Source of the DNA: a virus
Taxonomy: Duplodnaviria; Caudoviricetes
Length of the DNA stretch: 33,427 nucleotides
Strand: one strand, 5' to 3'
Virus record (IMG/VR): IMGVR_UViG_3300030376_003620
Coordinates: 1-33,427 of that record
In this document: piece by piece, positions 18,540 through 25,507 of the stretch
How the letters are laid out: the number at the start of each line of letters is the position of its first letter
Position numbering within the stretch: position 1 is the stretch's first letter
Position numbers and translations under genes: made by a program
Notes under the pieces: generated by a model
Seen by the model: only the letters and a program-made list of their open reading frames with translations
Databases searched by the model: none
What the model was told of the DNA's origin: nothing

Positions 18540-19587
18540 TGTCTATCTCGCTTTCTTCTCTTATCCAAGTATCGTCGCCCCATAGTCGGTCGAACATAGC
18601 TTCCTCAGACGATATCTCGCCAGTGTCAGGATTGACATGAAACCAATTATCATCTTTTTTCTCGTAAAACCACGAGTTTGGATGTGTTTTTGTCATTTCT
18701 GCCAATTCAATAGCCTCTTGGCTTTTCCATTCATCCTGCCAATAATCATCTTTATCGTCAAACTCTAACTCTTGCTGATTGAAAGTGCTTGTCCAACTAT
18801 AAGTTATAGGTGTCGATTTTGGATATGTGTTTAGTTTCCATTGGTAGACTCTTGAAGTATAGTCAAACAAAGATTTTTCTACATTCATTTTAATGTCGTC
18901 AAACTTCGATACATCAAAACTATAAAGCGTGTTCTTATTTAAACTATAGACATCTACATTTTTAATACCTGAATCAAATAAAGCGTCTTCTATAAAAGCA
19001 GACTCACTGGCATAAAACATTGTCTTATACTCCGGAACATAAGCTATATATAAAGGACGATTTGTTTCTCTACACAAATGCAATACCATTGGGTTTTTCT
19101 TTACAAACGACAATGCAAAGTCGCTATCAAAATCTTTGACTGCTTCTTGTATATTGTCTTTGTCATTTATTGCTTTGAAGATAAGCTGGCTGTCTACTGG
19201 ACATTGTTTGTCTAGTTTGCCTTGCATTTCCTCAATATTGTAAACGCAACCATTATGGGCGCCGACAACATCGCCGACTCTAAATGGGTGTGCGTTTGAT
19301 TTGACTATTGCTCCTTCTGTCGCAAATCGTGTATGTCCGAGAAGAATATAACTTTCGTCTTTCAATGACTTGACTGACTGATTATACTCTTTCGTGTCTA
19401 CGAATTTGCTAGAGGGCAATAGTGATTTGTATATCCTAGTGTTAGCGCCGACTCTTGCAATACCTGACGAATGACTACCTCTAGTCTCGCTATCTATTGC
19501 AATATCACGCAATACCTTTTTGACAACTTTTAATTGTCGGCTAGTATAGGGCGTCGGCGACTTAGCTATTCCATAAATACCACACAT
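18529..19587 (-). CDS. Class II (Ntn) glutamine amidotransferase
   Basis: MCGIYG, RGSHSSG, GHTRFAT, NAHPF, HNG, VDSQ motifs; AGGAG RBS. Confidence 0.9.
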   Translation of the reverse strand: MCGIYGIAKSPTPYTSRQLKVVKKVLRDIAIDSETRGSHSSGIARVGANTRIYKSLLPSSKFVDTKEYNQSVKSLKDESYILLGHTRFATEGAIVKSNAHPFRVGDVVGAHNGCVYNIEEMQGKLDKQCPVDSQLIFKAINDKDNIQEAVKDFDSDFALSFVKKNPMVLHLCRETNRPLYIAYVPEYKTMFYASESAFIEDALFDSGIKNVDVYSLNKNTLYSFDVSKFDDIKMNVEKSLFDYTSRVYQWKLNTYPKSTPITYSWTSTFNQQELEFDDKDDYWQDEWKSQEAIELAEMTKTHPNSWFYEKKDDNWFHVNPDTGEISSEEAMFDRLWGDDTWIREESEIDNAS

Positions 19588-19727
19588 AGTCTAATCTCCT
19601 GTTTTTGTTAATATACCCTGTCTTAGACAGGCTAAGTCTTTGCGACAAATAGCAATCGGTGTCGAAAGGAGTGCCACCCAGACTTGTCGACTATTTTGTC
19701 TGTATTGATTACTACTTGTCGCTAACA

Positions 19728-20060
19728 TTATCTACTACCCACCATTCTGACATATTTCATTGTTCTGTCTGAACGATTATGACTTGGTTGATATAAACCA
19801 CAAAAGACATTTACTTCGTGTCCATTGAAATTGTCATATCGGCGTCTCATAAACCATTTATTAGTATTGGTTTTAATGTTCTTTCTAATTCTTTTTGTCA
19901 TTCTAATAGTTTTTAGTCTACTATCTGTAAATCTCTTTCTGTACGCCTCCACTAGTTCGTTATGTCTTTCGACACCTTTACCATTTAGTCGTCCTAGCTT
20001 GTATAGTTTCCTATAACATCTAATAACGAATTTGGCGTTTTCTTGTTCTTGATTAATCAT
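19728..20060 (-). CDS. Hypothetical basic protein
   Basis: 110 aa, R/K-rich, AAGG RBS, ATGA coupling. Confidence 0.55.
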   Translation of the reverse strand: MINQEQENAKFVIRCYRKLYKLGRLNGKGVERHNELVEAYRKRFTDSRLKTIRMTKRIRKNIKTNTNKWFMRRRYDNFNGHEVNVFCGLYQPSHNRSDRTMKYVRMVGSR

Positions 20061-20227
20061 TTAATAATTACCTTTCTATACTTATTGACTAATTTGACTA
20101 GCTCGTCTATTTCTTCTTGCGAAGGATATGCAGTACAACCAGACATATATAAATCGACGACAGCTTCTAGTCTAGCTTGTTTATTTATAATATAACCAAT
20201 AATAAATCTTTTGTCGTATTTCTTCAT
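20057..20227 (-). CDS. Hypothetical protein (56 aa, not in ORF track)
   Basis: MKKYDKRFIIGYIINKQARLEAVVDLYMSGCTAYPSQEEIDELVKLVNKYRKVIIK*; fills gap; ATGA overlap with next gene. Confidence 0.55.
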   Translation of the reverse strand: MKKYDKRFIIGYIINKQARLEAVVDLYMSGCTAYPSQEEIDELVKLVNKYRKVIIK

Positions 20228-20235
20228 ATCGTCAA

Positions 20236-20703
20236 TTACCCGTCTATCTGTCTATTTCTTCGTAGTTGTCGCATACCCTTTTTAAGAGTCTTCAATGCGT
20301 CTACGACATTTCCTGTATCCAAGACAAACCTTCTGTCAGATACCATATAAGTGTCCATAAAATTACTATCGACACGCATTAGATATCCGTCTTTCAGTTC
20401 CTTGTTTGCCAAAATAGCTATGGAAGCGAAGCAGTCATTCATTGACAAGTCTGTGAGACTGACTGTGCGTCCATTCATTGACTTAGTTATTACATCTGTC
20501 ATTGTAATAGTAAGTTCTACTTTTTTGTTGTTATTGTCTTGTACGGCGATAAACTCAATACCTGTCGGAGGTACTGGAATGTCAATCTCTCTAGTCCAAC
20601 GCTGATTGCAAGTAGGACATTTATCGTGTATCGTCTTTTTGTATGTTTCAGACATATTATTTCCTTTCGTCAAAACCTGTTTTGATTTTTTGTCTATTTT
20701 CAT
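20236..20703 (-). CDS. Hypothetical protein (start may be ATG 20655)
   Basis: CPTC motif; GAAAGGAAATAAT upstream of ATG 20655. Confidence 0.6.
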   Translation of the reverse strand: MKIDKKSKQVLTKGNNMSETYKKTIHDKCPTCNQRWTREIDIPVPPTGIEFIAVQDNNNKKVELTITMTDVITKSMNGRTVSLTDLSMNDCFASIAILANKELKDGYLMRVDSNFMDTYMVSDRRFVLDTGNVVDALKTLKKGMRQLRRNRQIDG

Positions 20704-20797
20704 AGCTCAACTTACAAAATTCCAACTAGAAAACCTAAACCTATTTTGACTCTGGCGTTTTATTATGACGAGAAAAATAGAGTTTGTCGGGGGCTAT

Positions 20798-20822
20798 GGC
20801 TAGACTAAGAATTAGTCTAGCC
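20798..20822. repeat. Inverted repeat, 11-bp stem
   Basis: GGCTAGACTAA-gaa-TTAGTCTAGCC. Confidence 0.8.
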
Positions 20823-20936
20823 TTGAGCTCGAGTCTAGCTAGTTTGCGTAGACAAGAACAAGAATCAGACATAAATAAATATCTTTCAAAATCATTATTT
20901 TCTTGACTATTTGCCATATATTCCCCAATTTCTAAT

Positions 20937-21368
20937 ATGTTAAAAATAAATAAAGCGAAGCTACTAGAAGTTGCCAAGTTATACGACGGGCAACCTGATG
21001 ACTATGAGCCAACAAAAGATGAGTTGGCAAATATAGGAATTGAAGTAGCTGAGCCAAGCACACACGAAGGGAAATTATATTCGGCGATTTCCGAAGTTAA
21101 AGCCGAACAAGATGGGAAAGCGAAAAATGACGCCTTAGCCATTGAAAAGAAACATAAAGAGATTAAAGCGTTAGTAGGCGATGTTAATAAATTGATTGCT
21201 AACAATGAATCTTATACCTATCACAAGGAATTAAAAAATTCCGAAACACAGACAAGGGAAACTTTCCTAGTTCGCCCAAAATGTGAGGTCAAATTCTCCG
21301 CTTTCCGAACAAGCGAAACACCTATTAACATAGAAAAAGAAACCGACACAACGAAAGGGGACGAATAA
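20937..21368 (+). CDS. Hypothetical protein, lone plus-strand gene in the minus-strand arm
   Basis: 143-aa charged ORF; TTGACT-N17-CAATTT ends 5 nt before ATG. Confidence 0.65.
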   Translation: MLKINKAKLLEVAKLYDGQPDDYEPTKDELANIGIEVAEPSTHEGKLYSAISEVKAEQDGKAKNDALAIEKKHKEIKALVGDVNKLIANNESYTYHKELKNSETQTRETFLVRPKCEVKFSAFRTSETPINIEKETDTTKGDE

Positions 21369-21381
21369 GTCGTCGGGGGTT

Positions 21382-21410
21382 TTCTAGGGGCTAGATTCTA
21401 GCCCCTAGAA
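21382..21410. repeat. Perfect 14-bp inverted repeat (possible terminator or binding site)
   Basis: TTCTAGGGGCTAGA-t-TCTAGCCCCTAGAA just after stop codon 21368. Confidence 0.8.
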
Positions 21411-21458
21411 TCTTATTCCTTCTAGCCGAAATTTTTTCCCAGACGATAGAGCGGGGGT

Positions 21459-21492
21459 TAGAGCTAGACTGAGGAACGATAGTCTAGCTCTA
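21459..21492. repeat. Inverted repeat, 12-bp stem
   Basis: TAGAGCTAGACT-N10-AGTCTAGCTCTA. Confidence 0.8.
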
Positions 21493-21519
21493 GAGCTGTT
21501 GTATTATTTTTTATGTACT

Positions 21520-21556
21520 AAAAAAAATACCCCAGGGTTGTTAGCCCCAGGGTATC
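21520..21556 (-). terminator. Rho-independent terminator
   Basis: Minus strand ATACCCTGGGG-ctaacaa-CCCTGGGGTAT (G-U pairs) followed by a U-run, just after ORF 21789-21562. Confidence 0.78.
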
Positions 21557-21561
21557 TTTTG

Positions 21562-21789
21562 TTATTTAACTTTGTACAAGTCAAACCTGTCAACAACCAA
21601 TGTCTTTGAATTAAAATCTTCATCAAAGAATAAATCAAGTCTCTTGATGAAATAATATAATTCATAGTTAACACCATTGTTGTACTCACAGCCAATGCCG
21701 CTAAGCACTCGCTCTAAACTAGAAGGCTCTAAGCCATTGTCTAATAAAAGAACAACAGTCTTTAGAATCTTAAGTGTCTCAGGTTTCAT
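21562..21789 (-). CDS. Hypothetical protein, monocistronic early gene
   Basis: 75 aa with GAAAGG RBS, own promoter and terminator. Confidence 0.65.
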   Translation of the reverse strand: MKPETLKILKTVVLLLDNGLEPSSLERVLSGIGCEYNNGVNYELYYFIKRLDLFFDEDFNSKTLVVDRFDLYKVK

Positions 21790-21827
21790 ATTATTTTTCC
21801 TTTCGTATCTGTTTAATATTATGGTAT

Positions 21828-21856
21828 ATATTACATAGTATCTATGTAAATGTCAA
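21828..21856 (-). promoter_or_regulatory. Strong promoter with overlapping palindromic operator
   Basis: TTGACA-N17-TAATAT, upstream T-tract (minus strand); TTACATAG-tat-CTATGTAA at 21831-21849. Confidence 0.7.
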
Positions 21857-22206
21857 GAAAAAAAAGAAAAAAAATAAAAAAAGTGCGCACTGTTGACACT
21901 ATTTTAGGAATCATAACAGAAAACCAAATTTTCAACCAAATTTACAATTTCTAATTTATATAAAAGGGGTACGCCGATGTGGAAACAAAAGCCACACACA
22001 AAATTATGCGATTTTTTCAACAAAGTTGGAATTTTCGGGGTTAAACTGGTGAGGTGGTAAAATTCGACGACTAGAATAATTTTGGAAAAAATTTTTCGAT
22101 TGGACCCTCTCTAGAACACCGAGCATTATGTAGGAAATAGATTTAATATTCTATGTTATTCAAGAGCAACGAGCATTAGTGTTTTTTTTCGTCCTTCGGA
22201 CTGTTA

Positions 22207-22236
22207 AAGTTACCCTGTTTGTTTTACTTGAGTCAA
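22207..22236 (-). promoter_or_regulatory. Leftward promoter
   Basis: TTGACT-N18-TAACTT; -35 lies within palindrome ACTTGA-g-TCAAGT. Confidence 0.5.
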
Positions 22237-22316
22237 GTTATTTTGTATTTATATCGATTTATAGAGCATTAGAATCTAGAACATTGAGACGTCGTGCGAT
22301 TTTTTTTAAAAAATAT

Positions 22317-22346
22317 TTGACTTGTGTAGGAATATTTACCTAATTT
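22317..22346 (+). promoter_or_regulatory. Rightward promoter for the packaging operon
   Basis: TTGACT-N18-TAATTT, ~30 nt before ATG 22379 with GGGAG RBS. Confidence 0.62.
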
Positions 22347-22378
22347 GCATACACAATTAACGATATGGGAGTATTATA

Positions 22379-22693
22379 ATGGTAGAAGCTAATATGGATG
22401 ACATAGGAAAAGCGATAGAATTAAATATTGGAGGTCATGACTATAAAATTATAGAAATACCTCTAAAACATGAAGATGGTAGTAAAGAATTGTATGGGAG
22501 ACATCTAGTAAAAGAGAATGTTATACTAATAAATAAGGATATAGCAGAATCTAGAAAGAAAGAAACATTGATTCACGAAGTATTACACGCAATATTTTAC
22601 AATACTGGCTTAGAACACGATGAAAGACAAATAGAAGCCATAAGTAACGGTTTATTTCAACTAGGAGTAGGAGATTATCTATGGAAGACCTAA
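22379..22693 (+). CDS. HEXXH zinc metallopeptidase-like protein (ImmA/IrrE-like)
   Basis: ETLIHEVLHAI plus downstream Glu (DERQIE). Confidence 0.7.
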   Translation: MVEANMDDIGKAIELNIGGHDYKIIEIPLKHEDGSKELYGRHLVKENVILINKDIAESRKKETLIHEVLHAIFYNTGLEHDERQIEAISNGLFQLGVGDYLWKT

Positions 22694-22866
22694 AAAAAGC
22701 AATATTAAAGGCAAAAGAACAAGGTAATACTGCATTAGTGCAAAGATTACAACAAGAACTAGATGAATTAGAAAAAATACGTCAAAACCTTAATTGGGAT
22801 ATGTTAATACGTGAATTAGAAGATGTAGAAGACAAGGAGGATTTTCCAAAAAATGCCGAAAAATAA
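22681..22866 (+). CDS. Hypothetical protein
   Basis: 61-aa helical ORF, AGGAG RBS. Confidence 0.55.
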   Translation: MEDLKKAILKAKEQGNTALVQRLQQELDELEKIRQNLNWDMLIRELEDVEDKEDFPKNAEK

Positions 22867-23200
22867 TAATGCAGTAGACTTCATAAAAGAAGTATACCCA
22901 CAAACTGAACAAGAATTTCAAATTCTTTTAAATAAAATGTATAGAACATTCTGTGAAAAGCAATTTGATTATGGTCCTGGTAATATAGCATTAGGTACCA
23001 TGTTGAAAAACGAAAAAGAAGTCAATCAGTCCTTATTTGGTATAATTGTAAGGATGAATGATAAGATAAACAGACTAATCAATTTGTCAACAAATCACAA
23101 TATGAAAGCAAAGAATGAACCAATAGACGATGCTTTTGTAGATATTGCAGTATATGCAGTGATGGCAATGATAGTCAAACAAAACAAATGGGGTAAATAA
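22853..23200 (+). CDS. DUF1599 / nucleotide-modification-associated domain 1 (MazG-like helical fold)
   Basis: KQFDYG, VRMNDKINRL, EPIDDAFVDIAVYAVM. Confidence 0.72.
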   Translation: MPKNNNAVDFIKEVYPQTEQEFQILLNKMYRTFCEKQFDYGPGNIALGTMLKNEKEVNQSLFGIIVRMNDKINRLINLSTNHNMKAKNEPIDDAFVDIAVYAVMAMIVKQNKWGK

Positions 23201-23928
23201 TGCCTGGAGTAAAATGGACAGAAGATGAAATCAGAATCTTAGACCAGTATGAACGTACTGCTAAGTCTGCATTCGTTCTGTATCAAGAAATACGTATTGC
23301 TGGATATAATAGAACATATAAAGCAGTATCTCGTAAAATAGAATCATTAGGATTAAGAAAACCTACCAGATATACAACTGGACATGAGATGACTATCGGA
23401 TACCTAGATATTGAATCTACTGGATTTAGTGCTAATATCGATGTTATGTTGTCTTGGTGTATTAAAGGTAGAGGTGACAAAAACGTTGCTGGAGCTAAAA
23501 TTACAAAAGAAGAGCTAATGTCAGATAAACAAGATGCTCGCATTGTAGAGCTTTTAGTAGAAGAAATGAACAAATATGATGTAATATTTACATATTACGG
23601 TACTCGTTTTGATATTCCTTTTATCAGAACACGTGCATTGTATCATAAAACATTCTTCCCACTATACAAGCAAAAGTCACACAAAGACCTGTATTATGTA
23701 GTAAAATCTAAATTAAAGCTACATCGTTCGTCATTAATGGCAGCTACAGAGTTTTTTGGTATTGCTGGTAAAACAAGAGTAAAGCCAGAAATGTGGCAAA
23801 AAGCTAGATGGGGCGATGAAAAAGCAATGAAATACGTTTACGACCATAATGTAGCAGATGTAGTCATACTAGAGAAGCTGCATCGTAAACTAGAAGAATA
23901 TGCACCACCAATGGTAAGACCATTATAA
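23200..23928 (+). CDS. DEDD 3'-5' exonuclease (RNase H-like/YprB-type) with N-terminal HTH
   Basis: LDIEST, YYGTRFDIPF, HKDLY, HNVADV; N-terminal WTEDE...RTYKAV Myb-like HTH. Confidence 0.8.
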   Translation: MPGVKWTEDEIRILDQYERTAKSAFVLYQEIRIAGYNRTYKAVSRKIESLGLRKPTRYTTGHEMTIGYLDIESTGFSANIDVMLSWCIKGRGDKNVAGAKITKEELMSDKQDARIVELLVEEMNKYDVIFTYYGTRFDIPFIRTRALYHKTFFPLYKQKSHKDLYYVVKSKLKLHRSSLMAATEFFGIAGKTRVKPEMWQKARWGDEKAMKYVYDHNVADVVILEKLHRKLEEYAPPMVRPL

Positions 23929-23940
23929 CTAGGAGGAAAC

Positions 23941-24174
23941 ATGGCTAAGAAAGAAGAAAAGCTAACAATAATGAATAATGATAAGGAAATCGAGTTCTTA
24001 TACTCTGATTTAACAGAAGAGGCACAAGCTCAGTACAACAGAGCTAATGAATTAGCTGGTCAATTGATGAGATTAGACCAACAAGCCAATGAACTAAGAT
24101 TCCTTGCTAACAACTATATTCGATTTGTTATCGACGAACTTGAGAAAGACGTTGACGATAAAGAGGAAAAATAG
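23941..24174 (+). CDS. Hypothetical coiled-coil protein
   Basis: 77 aa, AGGAGG RBS. Confidence 0.6.
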   Translation: MAKKEEKLTIMNNDKEIEFLYSDLTEEAQAQYNRANELAGQLMRLDQQANELRFLANNYIRFVIDELEKDVDDKEEK

Positions 24175-24181
24175 TTAAATT

Positions 24182-24943
24182 ATGAGAGAACGTATTGTAA
24201 AGGGAATTACCCATTACTTGTATGATGACGTTGATGAGTTTAGAAAGTATCATGAAAGTGTTTCTTTAGTAACTGATTGGCGTCATTCAAACAAAGGTGA
24301 TTGGGTTCTTGCTGATGATGGTCAAGTATGTCAAGTTCTACATCTTGGTGTTTTAAAAAAACCCGATAGGAAAAAAGAAACTACTTTTATTAGAACTATT
24401 ATAGGTTCTTTTGTTTGCAGTCCTAAAGTTAGAATGGAAGGAGACATGAAGACTAACATGCATACGTTCTCTACAAAAGGTGAATCTTCATCTGTTAGAA
24501 AGAAAAATAGAAAACATGTAACTGATAAAGAGTTTTTGTTTGGTAAGTACGTAGCAAAAGGAGATGACGTAGTAGAAGCTTATATGAAAGCTTTTCCTAG
24601 CAACAACGAGAACTATGCTAAGTCACAATCAAAATTACTTTTAAAAACCGACAGGGTAAAAAAATTGATTAGAGAAGAAATAGATAAACACTTGAATGAT
24701 GCTGAGATTACTCCTCAATATCTATTAGAAGAAATGAGAAATATTATAGATAAAGGAGGTTCTTCAGATAGAGATAAAATCACTGCAATAACAACGTTAA
24801 TGAAGATATCTGGAATGATGGACACAGAAAAGACAACAGAATCTTTAACATTATTTCAAGGTTTTACACAGGAGCAACTAAATGCAATTCAAGGGTCTAG
24901 ACACAAAAAATTGGCAGAAGTTAAAAAAGATAACGAAAAGTAA
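24182..24943 (+). CDS. terS: Putative terminase small subunit with extra N-terminal domain
   Basis: C-terminal half YVAKGDDVVEAYMKAF...SKLLLK...VKKLIREE...DKITAITTLMKISG fits TerS; upstream of TerL. Confidence 0.62.
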   Translation: MRERIVKGITHYLYDDVDEFRKYHESVSLVTDWRHSNKGDWVLADDGQVCQVLHLGVLKKPDRKKETTFIRTIIGSFVCSPKVRMEGDMKTNMHTFSTKGESSSVRKKNRKHVTDKEFLFGKYVAKGDDVVEAYMKAFPSNNENYAKSQSKLLLKTDRVKKLIREEIDKHLNDAEITPQYLLEEMRNIIDKGGSSDRDKITAITTLMKISGMMDTEKTTESLTLFQGFTQEQLNAIQGSRHKKLAEVKKDNEK

Positions 24944-25109
24944 ACGTTGTAATATATGCTATTACAGGTTAAGTAAAACTGGAATTTTCTTATATAATAA
25001 AGAAAAGGAAGATACCACACATATAAAATGTTTTAATTGTTTAACGGTATACAATTCGTCTTTTGGTATTACAGACTTAGGTATACCTAGAGAGGTAGGT
25101 CATTCATGA
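24882..25109 (+). CDS. Small zinc-finger protein (start uncertain)
   Basis: CNIC...CFNC; ATGA overlap with next gene. Confidence 0.5.
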   Translation: MQFKGLDTKNWQKLKKITKSKRCNICYYRLSKTGIFLYNKEKEDTTHIKCFNCLTVYNSSFGITDLGIPREVGHS

Positions 25110-25507
25110 GATTAGCAGTTTATGGTACATTAAGAAGAGGATTTGAAGATACTGGAAAGGTAGAAGGGTTTAGTTTGGTATTTCCAGGAACACAGTCTTT
25201 CCCCGCTCTTATAAAAAATAAAAAAGGAAGTGGAGCTGTTGTTGAGTTATTAGATGTAACTGAAGAAGAACTAAATATGTATGATATGTATGAATCAACA
25301 AAAGATGGTTTATACATAAGGACTACGGCTAACGTTATCCTGGATAAAACAAAAGAAAAAGAAAAATGCTGGATATACGTAGCTGGACCTTTATTATGGC
25401 AAAGCTCTAGCACGTTTACAGAAGTACCTGATGGTGATTGGCTTTCACCTAAGACATTAGTAATGATGGATAGAGTATATGAAAAAGAATACCAAGAAGC
25501 CAGATAA
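25106..25507 (+). CDS. Gamma-glutamylcyclotransferase (AIG2/GGACT-like)
   Basis: VYGTLRRG, FPAL, LNMYDMYE, LYIR, CWIY motifs; GAGG RBS. Confidence 0.85.
   Translation: MRLAVYGTLRRGFEDTGKVEGFSLVFPGTQSFPALIKNKKGSGAVVELLDVTEEELNMYDMYESTKDGLYIRTTANVILDKTKEKEKCWIYVAGPLLWQSSSTFTEVPDGDWLSPKTLVMMDRVYEKEYQEAR

Noticed and set aside
20741-21205. Minus-strand ORFs 20741-20977 and 21002-21205
   Set aside because: Antisense shadows overlapping hairpins and the better-supported plus-strand gene
24152-24181. Promoter TTGACG-N18-TAAATT for terS
   Set aside because: The -10 box abuts ATG 24182, so transcription would start inside the gene; not listed as a feature
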